Positions 27,224 through 39,700 of a DNA stretch of 64,000 nucleotides are shown piece by piece. Made by a program: the position numbers and the translations under genes. Under the pieces are notes generated by a model. That model was not told where the DNA came from, did no database searches, and was given only the letters and a program-made list of their open reading frames with translations. Source of the stretch: Balanoglossus misakiensis (Eukaryota > Animalia > Hemichordata); the NCBI GenBank assembly GCA_040954595.2, contig CM082577.2, positions 11,131,654 through 11,195,653 on the forward strand, written 5' to 3'. Numbering within the stretch: the first letter of the stretch is position 1; the number at the start of each line of letters is the position of its first letter.

Positions 27224-30200
27224 ATACATGAACGAACGAACGAACGAACGAACGAACGAACGAACGAACGAACAGACACTGGCAGACAGCCAGCCAGCCA
27301 GCCAGACAGACAAATAAATAAATAAAGTTGCTACCCACCCAACTTTCCTACTCTTTTTCTTGGGACACAGTCGGTACTTCGCACAGATTGCAATGGCAAC
27401 AAAAGCAACTACTGCTACTGACAAGAGGATGGCCATCCCAACAACTGGAAAGTTTCCCTGGACGTCACCTGCGCATGGCCAATCGGGACTCTCGCAATGA
27501 CAGGAGAAGGCGTCAAGCTGTAGTGAAACGGGGAAAGATGTACTTTTAGGAGTTCATTTTAGGTAGATGAGAAGAAATAATCGACTGTCTGTTCGGTTAC
27601 ACCAAATTCAAGACGCATGTGTGATCGCGCATCCTGGTGTACAAAACGACATATTTTGTATCCCCTTTTACATTTTGACAGATATTTTGTTCTAATGTTT
27701 GACATAATGAAAATATACACTAATGCAAACAATGTGGTTGTTACTCCGTATTTCAATTTAATCATGGAAATCAATGAGTCGTTACTTTTTAGCATATTTT
27801 CATTTTACTTTGATAGAACGTGTATTGGTTGAAATTCTCTGTAAATGGTGGTGTGATTGCGAACAGAACACTCGCGCATGTGCAGTTCAGACGACACTGT
27901 CCTTTATAGTGCAGGAGGTATTTGTTAGCCCATAAAATACATACCAAGTCTGTGCACGTGTAATTGTAACCACACGGGTCATCTTCACACTCGTCATAGT
28001 CAATCTCGCAGGTTTCCCCGACATATCCCGGCGGGCACTTACAGCGGTAACCATGGAAACCTTGCGAACGTCCCGTCCCCGTGCAGTGTGGGTCGGTTCC
28101 CGGTCCAACACAGGTGGCGCCATTCATGCACGGATTGGCCAACGTGTGAACGTGCACAGTGATCACTTCGGAGTGATAGCCACTCTGGTCGATGGCGTTT
28201 ATCTTGAAGGTATCTTCACCGAAGAAGCCCTCGTCTGGAAGATATCTTATCGCGCTGAGCACCCAGGAGAGGCGACTCTCATCGTGGGGCACAGAGAAAT
28301 GGCACGGGAAGACGACAACTGGGGTATTTGGAGACTCGTACGAGAGGTGGTCTTGGGTAACATTCGCCATAGGGGTCACACAGTCTTGGTGGATGAAGGT
28401 CACAGTGGTATGCTGTTCGCCGGTGAAAAATTCCCCATGCTGTGGACGTTCAAATGTTAATGCCAAGCTGTCAAATGTGTCTGGATCGAACGCTCCAGCT
28501 ATAGCCTCAAACGGGTCAGGGCGTGTTTCGTTGTTTCTCCTCTCCTCCAGTGTCACGAGGAGGTCGTAATTGTTGTCATCCAGGGCGTTGACGTGATCGA
28601 CGGCCAAGAATATGCGAGGGTTGTCGTTGCTCGCTCTGACGTCGATGACCAGCGTTGCGGCTGTGGAAAGGATGTTGACGTCATCATCTCGGTCTTCTGT
28701 AACGACATAATGTATGTAGTCAACTCCGAAGCAGTCAAGACAAGGTCGATACGTCAGGCCCCCATCGACGCTAATCGTCGCCGTTCCACGTTGAGGGGAC
28801 GGCAACGTGTCGTCGATTTTGTACTTCAAGCGGTCGCCATCATCGTCATATGCTGTTACTTGAAACCGCAAAGTTCCTCCGTCTTCGTCCATCCACACGT
28901 CACTGGCTGACGTCACAAAAGGAGCCGTGTTCGTGTAGCTGCCCATGCTGGCGAACGTGAATTCGGTCGGACCGGTGAAAGGGTTCGTGCCAACTGATCG
29001 TTTTGAAACTTCGTTGCTTTCTAGCTGTGTTGTTGAACACACCTGAAAAAAAGAACACAACAAGTAGACCGTTCTGATAACACTTTGAGCAAATATATAT
29101 TGAGAGGACGGACCTCTTTGACATTTTAGGTATTGCTGCGAAAAGAATTAAGTAAAGAGAACGTACGTTTGTCATAACCCCGAAATCTCTGTGACTAAAA
29201 TAACATAAAGTAAACACGGAAATTTATTCAGTGCAACAGACTTGTGACATGATTTCAACCAATAAGTTGCACAGGAGAAAGTGTTACTTGGTGGATTGGC
29301 AACTACACTTTTTATTGAAAATCTGGTTCACCTCGACACTTAAAAGCTGTTCTTCCCACTTGATGTCATAGTTTCCAAATGAGTCTCTGCAGGTCCGACT
29401 TGCATCTCGCCACTCCTGGGACTCTGTGGTTTAAAGGAATAAAATGTGTAGAGAGATGAAGTGAAGCGACATCTCTTACTTTGAATTCTATATGTGTGAA
29501 AACGTTGACCTGTTTTGCATATTAATAATACATTGAATTTCTTGCTGTTGGAGACACACATCTAATTGTACTGAGATAGGGTTCATGACGAGATGTGCGA
29601 AATGGCAATTAGCCGCGGAGCTTCATGTCAATGTAAGCGTCCTGAAAACAAGGATTGGGCACGCTGGAAGAACACGAATCAGTTTACAGGAGTGATTTCA
29701 GATAGTAGAGTTCTCTATAAGTTTCTCAAACCGCCAATACGGTTAATTCATCCCAACTTGTTTGTTGGGTGAAATTAAGTAACTGACACATTCATAACAA
29801 GGGAGCATTTGCACTAATAAATATTTACCTGTGTGCCAGTAGGCAATGACTGGATACCTCTCTATCTGTGTGTCGTTGAATAGTGTAGAATTCATGGGCA
29901 GTGTGATACGAAGAGGTCCTGCCAAACCATCACTACCGACACTGGTCACATAAAATGATGGGCCGATGATATCCTTGATTCTTTAATTCGAAAGAAAACG
30001 AAAAATGTATATATTTACATACTTTTCGGTACGTACATGACGTACGTACACGGACGATACGACAGGTAGGGCCTAAAAACACACAATATATGTACGTAAA
30101 CGAATGACTGAGCTTGCCTGTTTCTCAGGTGTCTATCAGTCTGTTCTTTCGTCATTTTTGGATCCACTACGAAGGGTTTAAATGTTGGGGATGCATCGGA

Positions 30201-33200
30201 AACATAATCATCTTCAAGGGCATCTCCTGAGAGCAATCCGGCAACGATTATCACATTTCTTTCATCTGAAAAAATCAAGAAAAGAGGGAACATCTCACCA
30301 CTGTTATAGAAACTTCTTTTAGAAACACCATTCACAGTTTAACGCTAAAGTTGTGGCTGAAATGCAAAACTCTCCGAATACCGGATATCGTGAAATCATT
30401 GCCTCAATGTAGGACTACTACACAACGAATAGTTGAAGTACTTGTTCACCAACCTTCATCGTCGGAGATCGGACTTGTCGCGTGATTAGTGGCGTTCGCT
30501 TCTATTTCAACAAAAGTGTCCGGCCTAACTGCGCTGACTCCGACCGATTCCTGCAATGATACAACTATCTTCGATCCATTTATCGGAGCTGCAATAAAAT
30601 CCTCGTTTCCTGCGAATAAAAAGAGAAGGAAAACGTTAACGCCACTTATGTTAGTTTCAAAGTCATCCACACGAAACACTGCAGCTGTCAGTCAAGTCAG
30701 ACATCAAATTTTAGTGTGTATATACAATGTAGTAGGTCCTAGTAAGAACCCCGTAAAATACAAGTTGATTCGTTGTAAACAAGCCTGGCGGCTGCTACTG
30801 ACGAAGCGCTGGGCTATCCGTCTCATAACAAGCGATAATAACTGGTAAATGTGATCAAAACGTCGGTTATATCAAACTTACTTTTCAGAACAGAGGCTGC
30901 TGTCGCTGTCTTCTCACATTTGTGCCCTTTGTTGCATACAGTCATAACCGAATATAAGACTCTGTTGGATGTGGTCATAAATAAGTATTAAAGTAAACTA
31001 TGGATTGATAAGTTGGATGACTACCGAGATGCAGTGCGTAGTTATCACATTCCATCCCCTTACAAGTAGAATTTTGAGAAAACAGTGTTACAATATTGTC
31101 ATTTTCTTGAATTTTTCACAATAGATGGCAAAAGAGGAGTATTATTAAATGATATAAAGAAAACACTATGTCACGGCAGATATTTTCACCATAGGAAAAC
31201 TATAGCATTAGGAGTGCCAGAAAAGTGCTGACTCAGCATTTTGCACTATAATTGAGATCTCCTAACTGAAAAAGTCATGAAAGGATGTGCTAGCTTGCAA
31301 CGTTAAACGAGTATGCTCACGTTCAAAACATACATACATATTACGTTGCGTTTTTGCTTCAGTCATGGGTTCCCTTCTACTTAACTAACCTGCCCGGCTC
31401 CATGTGAAATCTATTTCGATAGACTGTCTCCCCATAGTCTGCCATGCCCGATTGGCCCTCTGCAATCTGTCTAACGCCAGATATATTGACAAGTGGTTCA
31501 TCTCCAACGAAGACTAAACCGTCCCTGATAACGATAGACCCGGATGTGTTGTATCCCACCCTAAATTTCGGGAAAACGTCATCGGACCCTTCCCTGCTGC
31601 CGATCTGGAAATCTGTGTAATAAAGACAACGTATGATGATGGTAACTGATGCTACCCAAAACTATGCACACAACCATGTTTATCTTTTTGTATACGGTGG
31701 ACATACCGCATACAAGAAGAGGGTGATAGCGATACCTGCACATACATGTACACGTGGATATAAACGCGAGTGCCAATGTGAGCAATTTGATGTTCGTTTA
31801 CATTTACGTGGTTTTATTTTTACCATGGTCCATTCGAATTCTTGATTCCAATTATGTGGAGGTAACAGGAAAACATGCCCAAATTCTCAGTATTTGCACA
31901 CATCAAAAGTCACTGCAAAGTCTTTCATAGTGCTCGGTAATACTCACAATAAGCGTCCACCGAATTATCTTCAATTCTGGTCCAAGACATGCCGACCGAG
32001 TTTTGACCACTGCAGATATTTTTGCCCGCAATGCGTTGGGGATGGTCGCACTGGAGTGTGGTGTTACTGTGAGACGTGTCGGGAGGTGTAGTCAAGACAG
32101 TGATACCTAAAAGACAATGGAGCGCTTTGTATTATCATCCAAATATGTTATTTGGCCTTTTTTTCTATTATCCATGAGGCCAATTATATACAAGACAGTA
32201 AGGAACTGTTGTTTGAGGGCGCTACGCACCCCCAACCCGAAAATAAGGAGTGGATTGAACGAATGTACCTTACAGTCTAATTATATACGTTACCTGTTGT
32301 TGTCTTAGTGGTCTTCAGGCCAGCATGATTGATGGCCTCAACTGTGACGTAGTACGTGTGGCGATCTTGAAGGAAGCCATTCGGGTCATGTCTAATGGCG
32401 AAGGTGTCGAGGCCAACAGATATCATGTCTTGTACATCAGTTCCAAATGGCTGTGATCCTATTGCCCATCTGAAATCTTTAATCTAGACGACATTTTAAT
32501 TAGAATGTTTAACCAACAGTACGGACATAATAATAATCATGGATCCCAGAAACAGTGGTTAAAATGTAAAGAAATAATCATGAAAGTGGCATAACTGGAA
32601 CATTTGGACTCATTTGAGTGTTCACAACTTTGCCTAGTCAACTCCGTACACAAGATACGGCACTATAAAGAAACTTACACTGACTGGTTTACACACGTGT
32701 GTCATATGTTATGCTACAATATGCATGTTCCCTCACTTATAGAAGTTTTTGGTTGTGAAGTCAGAAATTGTCGCCTGAATGAACTGGCAAAAGGGAAAGA
32801 ACTTGGGAAAAAATTAAATAATCCCTGGATGCACTAGTCGACGGGTGTGTATCACGTTTATCTCCAAGAACGATGACTGACCAGTGCAATTGTTCATTCA
32901 TTTAACCATTTTTTTTACCTGACTTCCCAGGTCATACGCACTCCATCGCACTGCAATGGTTGTGTTGCCACTTTGGTATTCTGTTGGTTCCTCCTCAGAA
33001 TAGTCCATATCAACATGGTAAAGGTAATCAAAGACTGGTTCGCTATCGTCCACGTATACTCCGTCTGATGACGTCACCACCTGACGCCCAGACCCTTCAC
33101 ACAGACACGTGTACATGAGAGAAGCGTAAAGAAGAAAAATTGAAACGCGGAATTTAAAGGGACAAAGTCTCTCTCTCACTACCCCTTTTTCCATTACCTA

Positions 33201-33684
33201 TGTTTGATAAAAAACACCGTTTATGTTAATGTACATGTATAGTGAATCAATGTTCAACCACACACACCTTTCATCCCGCTTGAAGACACGACAGCGAAAA
33301 AAACTCGCCTAAATGAATAATCGGTCTCTACCATTTATTCATCTTGGGCGAGTTTTTACTTTAATATCATACAAACGGGATGGAAGTTGTGTGGGGTTGA
33401 ATGTTCATTCACTACATATACACATGTACATTAACATAAATGGTGCCTTGCATCAAACATAATTAAATGAAAAGGGCAGCGGGAGAGAGACTTTGTCCCT
33501 TATAATATGAATGCATGTTGACTCGGTTTTCCATAAGGACGAACTTGCCTCAATGCATGTGCGAAGGATGGCAACATCGTCATCATGATGTAAAATGCAG
33601 TGCTAGGCGAACATTATCATACAATTTTGATGTAGTTGGTGCCACTTATATTACATTTCGAGTATGATGACAGTTTCGTTGGGA

Positions 33685-33723
<39 letters not shown>

Positions 33724-36700
33724 TTGCCAAATCAAATATTATCCGTCCATGGCACGCTCGACTGGGAAAGCTCAAGTGTATATCATACCCGTAATGGCTT
33801 TGATAGTGAGGTGGTACACTGCAGGCACTTCCGTCACGTGACCGTTTTCTTCACCCATTCTCGTCGGCGACAGGTTTAGGTCATCCAGGATCACGTGATA
33901 ATCCGCCACTGCGGTGGTGGGACAGCTGCGGTCACACTCGATGTTGTCACACGGCTTGGCACAAGGTATGCATGGACGTAACACCTATACAGCGGGGAAA
34001 GTTACCACGTATCATAATATTTGCCACCATGGAAATATCAATTATTGGCCATCCCAACAACCGGAAAGTTTCCCTGGACGTCACCTGCGCATGGCCAATC
34101 GGGACTCTCACAATGACAGGATAAGGTCAGCTATGCAAATTTAAACACTGTTAGGCCTACAATGAAAAATTCAAATCCAGTTAATCAAAGATTTGCAGTA
34201 GGTGGCACACGCTAAAAAGTGAACCACCGCAAGGTCATTTTGACACTTTGACACGCCCTTTGGGCCATATATACAACGTATATGTAAATCAGACGTGACC
34301 GTACACCTTTAGTATACAAGACGATGAATTCCAATTCGCGGAATCCTCTAGTTTGCAAGTACAACAGAAAGACACTCACAGGAAAGCAAATACGATGAAA
34401 CATGTATAACAGAACATGATTCATAATTCATAAAAATTTACCTCCCGAAACGGAGCAACATCATCGAGAAACCTCTGTGATCCAACTCCAGCCAGGAAAG
34501 CGGTGATAGCGTTGTCCCCATTCCGGAACGGCTCTCCAAATCGGCAGAGAGCTTCTGTCGTCGGTGGAAATCTGGCGGCGCATTGTTTTGTTAATACATG
34601 TCAAACATCCAGTGACTTTTTATATTGTACAGACAGAACCATTTGGTTGCCTAAATTTTGACTACCTTGGGCCCTAAAGCTCTCATGGCTGTATGTTTTT
34701 TACGCCTTTCAACAAATAAATAGTATCGCAATTGTAAGTCATTTTTTTTCTATTCTTCACAAAATCAAGATGGCCTCGCGCGTCGTATGTAAGTCGTCAG
34801 TCGAGCATCGGTCGCTGCTGTCCGATGGGTGCGTTGTATTTGAGTTTCAAAATGGCGATACTACGCGTAAACGCCTGATTTTGATCAACCCAACCCATCG
34901 CCAATGATTCAAAAACTAACAGTTCAAAAGGCCACTTGGCTTGATGGTTGGGATCCAAGGATTGGAGGATAATTTGTGATAAACAATATAAGTAAAGAAA
35001 AGGTCGTGTGGGTTTAACATTTACTCAAAATTCAGAATTTTACCCAATTGAATTTCACTTTCCTCATCGCTGACATATTGAGTTAAAGATACTTACCTCA
35101 CATTTCTAAAACGAGACACAGTTACCGGAGGATTGAAAACGTCATCGAAACTTGGGACAAACCCGTCCCTATTCCAAACGGACATGGTAAACTTTGCAGC
35201 GGCTCCCATAGGTTCCAGCCCCGACATGTACATCAGAGCTCGTCCATCAATGGACAGTTCAATGGATAGCTCATTCTGCAGAAAAAGGGGAAAAATGCAC
35301 CAATATTTGGGATTAAGTTACACCATCAAACCTGTGTTAGTGGCCACCTCTATACAGTGCCCACTTTGTTACAGTCCCTATGGAATTTACATGTACATAA
35401 TTGACCTGTGTGTATAAAGGTCTGCTTAGGAAAGTCCATAGACTGGCCACTATAGACGGGGTTGACCGTGAAAACTGGGCAAACCATACCTTGTTCAGGA
35501 TGACGTTGAACGTGTAAGAGTGCCACCCCCTGGATGGGTCGAACGGGAGCTCTGCAATGTCGTATTTAACGGCATCAGTACTGTTTTGATGTCTGAACCA
35601 AATGACAGCGAAGTGCTTGACGTCATCGCCTACGGGAACACCTGGGCATAGAAGAATTAGAATATTCCACTGTTAAAATACCTGTATGTCGCGTAATAAA
35701 GTGTTGGAACGCGCTGTAGTATACAAAAAAAACGATGCGAAAGCACCACCCGATGACGTGAAGGCTTGTAATCACGGATGACAGCCCCACGCGGTCAAAC
35801 AGATCTGTAAACATACCCCACACCCAAATTAAACGGCGACGTGCGATTAAATTCCTGCTAAGACTTCCTTTTGGATTGAATACCATACGCAGGATGGATG
35901 GGATATCTGGAGTCTAATGTGCATCAATCTGATTAAAATCAGATGTAGGGAACGGAGAATACCGTACCGCGAAAGTAAAGACGTCGCCGGTCCCTACATC
36001 TGATTTTAATCAGATTGAATGTGCACATATTTTGAGAGGCCAAACACCGACGCAAACTTTCTTGTACCTGGATGAAGCTGGAAGCCTGTTGACCGAAAAG
36101 GCACATTCTTCAGTCTGTTGTCTCCCGTGAAAGAGTCATCCGGGTCCTCGTCGTCCACGATGTCCCAGGGTGGTGGTCCTGTCGTGCTGGTTAACATTGC
36201 CGTAGTGATGGTTGTTGTGTGACCACCAGGTGTTGTGGTGATTGGTCTCAGCAAATACTCCGTGCAGTTACAGAGGCAGTCATTTGTACTATTTCCTACT
36301 GAACACACATATATATTTCGATTACCTCAAAGACGCCAACCTCTTAGTATTTGAATAATCTTGAAAATTAGATTAACATAGCTGTCAATATACGCTTATT
36401 CAGTTTCCACTATTTCCCCATTTTTTCAAGAATCAAATATTTAAAAATGCAATAAAACGCAGAAAACTGACCCGACGCCGTATTTTTCCGAAACCCACTT
36501 ATCCAGATTTTGCTTCTATTTTAAACGGTATTAATTTTGTTTTGTTTCAGAAAACAACTGTGACATTCACCTGAATTTATGGAGATGTCTGGAAACATTT
36601 TTCTGTGTTTTATGATGATAATGATTTTTGTACAAGTGCGGTAGTTTTGACTGTTGCAAAAACGCCACGCTGAAGTGTTCACCATGCTAGTAATGTATTG

Positions 36701-39700
36701 CCATTAAAAGTAACGTACCGTCGCCAATCTGAACACAGCAAAGTCTGCAATTGTCGTACTCTCTGTTTTCGTCCATCCAGTCTCGTTCGCCGACCGGAGC
36801 GTCAAAGTCACCCACGACGCCATTAGGTCCATCCCAGAATGCCACACTGGTGACTGCAGAGATGTTTCCGGAAGCAGCAAGTATGTCAACCTACAGTATT
36901 GAAAACTCTCGTCAGTTTGACCAACATGCATGTATATAGAATTAAGGCGAAACGTGTCATTAAAATCAATGAATTATATGTTCTATATTTATTATGACAT
37001 GTCTAGCATTGATGAAGACTTTTCCACACCTGGTATTTGCCACCGGCAGGAACATCTGGGTCGGTGTTGTAGTACGCACCAGAGTACATTGTCTCCCGTT
37101 GCACATTGCGAATCATAGTGATCGACAGACTGCCATCGTCTTCGTAATGTACCTGGAGTTTATTGAAAAAAAGACATGACGAGAGCATCATTTGGACAAA
37201 TGTTGTTTTTATGAAAACAGACATTACAATATGTATTTATATTAATCAGTCATGGCAAACACAGATGTCTGCGTAGGATAGGATGATCACCAATGACCTA
37301 TACAAAGTCAGTAGAATATCGATTTGATCGCAATCATTGTATTTCCGTCAGCATAAAGATTTTTCATCGATTATGCTGCAGATTTAGAACACTTATTTTA
37401 ACAGTGAATTAATGCTGAAATTCAAATTGGCTTCAAATGGACCAGAAGTTACAACGTATGATACAATTAATACTATACATTAAATTGAAACCCGAGACAA
37501 TTTCAGAGTTATTGAACTGTGCCATTTTAGCTGAAGATTTGCAAATCAACTAACCTGTTCAGGTCTGAAATTGACCGAAGTGTGGGCTGTATTCCATACC
37601 CCTTCTGAATTAACAGAATGCCAACCGTCGTCTTCCGAATCAGCTGCAAAGGTGAACTGGCGAGTGGGGCAAGAATTCCCCTTGGGATTTGGTAAGTGCA
37701 GGAAAACACCTAAAAATAAACACCAAAATAAACAGAGACATCAATCACTCTTTCATAAAACTGCCAGGTAGAGTATGCGGATAATATAAACTTAACTAAG
37801 AAGTCTTACCATAGTCTGCTGCTGATTTAGTATCTGTTAAACCCCTTAGCTAGGTTAAAAGTACCCACGCTAGTATCTGTTTGCAGTATGTGAGTGTGTA
37901 TATGGTCCACGAACAATTGACTATTGATAACTTGTAGGTAAACTTGAATACCAGTACATGTACATGTACATGTACATGTACATGTACATGTACATGTACA
38001 GACATCATACAATTATATGAAAAGAGACAAGGTTGTTGACATCGAGGGTAGAGCATGACATAAATTGAATAATAATATTTATCACGAAAAAGGTTCAAAT
38101 TAATTATAAAGTACACGCACTGTGACACCCAATATGCATACCGGGTATGTTTCATTCATTGGTAACTCTGACTCAACAGATAATCCAGTATAGGACTTAC
38201 TTACCTTCGATTTGTGAAGTCGAACTCTGGTATTCCACGTCATCACTAAACAAGGGACCATCTTTCACCACTCCCCCAACCGGGTCTTTTAAATCCAGCA
38301 GTATTGGTTTAGAGACAGTGGTTGTGGTCAGGCCGGCGTGGTTTGTACACGATAAATGGACGTAGTAAGGATGGTCCGGCTGTTGTGAAAAAGAGACATT
38401 TATTTAGATGCATACGTTTCTCTATACGAAAACAAAACTTCGGTTACATCTGAGCACAATCAAGACATCTTCGCCTGTATACCAATGATTTCATATTGTC
38501 ACATTTCGTTTGCATGTTGAATGGTGGGAATATAAGGAACGTATATCGAAATTTGATGAAAGTCACCTGTAAGGCCAAATCTGCAAATGTATATCGTGTG
38601 TCGTTAGCCAATACTTGGATATCTCCCTGTAACACAATGTGGTCGACTTCACCCGATCCGCACGATATGCCATCGTAAATCGACATGGAAAACGACTTCA
38701 GACCACTGTCGTCGTCGTAGTAACCATCCCAGGCCACAGTTAGTATATCTTCTCGGCTGGTATATACCATTGCCTAAAATGTATTAGATAGTACTAAGCT
38801 AAGTATAACGTGAAATTAGGTACATTGGAATTTGAAGTGGATTAGAGAGACTCTTATCATATTCTCGCAACACGTGTTATTTCTGTGTTAGACGAAATGT
38901 GACCATTTGACATGTGTAAGCCACTATAACTACACATGGCGCGAAACTGCACGTCGCAGACGTCCATTCTTTGGCAATGCTAATTGTCCTTTCAGAAGTG
39001 AACTTGCTGCTTTACCTTGTCACTGAGAGCACCAACATATACGTTGCCTTCCTTAGGTGGAGTCAAGTCCACGCTGAATTTCTGTGTTACCAGGGAACAC
39101 TGTGCTGACTCGTCTGTTGCTATGACAGCGATGTTGTACGTTTCCTTGTCCTTCAGCTTCAAGTGTGTCATCGTTACCAAGGTATCCTTCCCAACATTGG
39201 TCAAGGAATAAATGTCAAACAACCCTTTGTGATTATCTCTTGCTTCACTCTCTTGATTAAAGTTTTGCTAAAAATAAAACGAAGAGAAATATATTACTCC
39301 AATGGTAGTGGTGCCGCCATGATGACATCACTTGACGGACTTAAAATTCAAAGAAATGATTTATGTGTGTAAAGTATTACATACCAAGTCAGAGCAAGTC
39401 AGTGTGTTCGTGAAGTTGTCTGAAGAGGCTATTCCCAATTGATAGAAAAGAATAGGCATGCCGAATTGAAATTTGCCCCACGATATGCTAATCTTTGTCA
39501 GGGAGGAGATGTACCTAAAGAAAAAATGAGTTTGTAAAACGAGGTAGCCATCATTGCATTCGGGTTTGGTTCAAATAGCATCAAAACCTGGCTTTTCATG
39601 CCAGTCAATAACAACATGTATGACTGGCGAACAAGGAACATGATACCACAGGTACCTTTCCGCCATAACGTCCTGGTTGTGTAAAAAATAGCAATGGCTT

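Larger units (their letters stand above)
35097..37709 (-). other. GH16 lichenase-like beta-jelly-roll domain, catalytic motif absent, spread over six exons
   Basis: VNFRPEQVHYEDDGSLSITM...YSGAY...GKYQVDILAASGNISAVTSVAFWDGP...LPFDPSRGWHSYTF...IELSIDG...AKFTMSVWNRDG...FRNVRF follows the motif order of Bacillus-type lichenases. Confidence 0.65.

Noticed and set aside
28053-28910. Plus-strand ORFs of 105-135 aa opposite the large exon (similar ones opposite MPV17L exon 1)
   Set aside because: These are antisense shadows of real coding exons.
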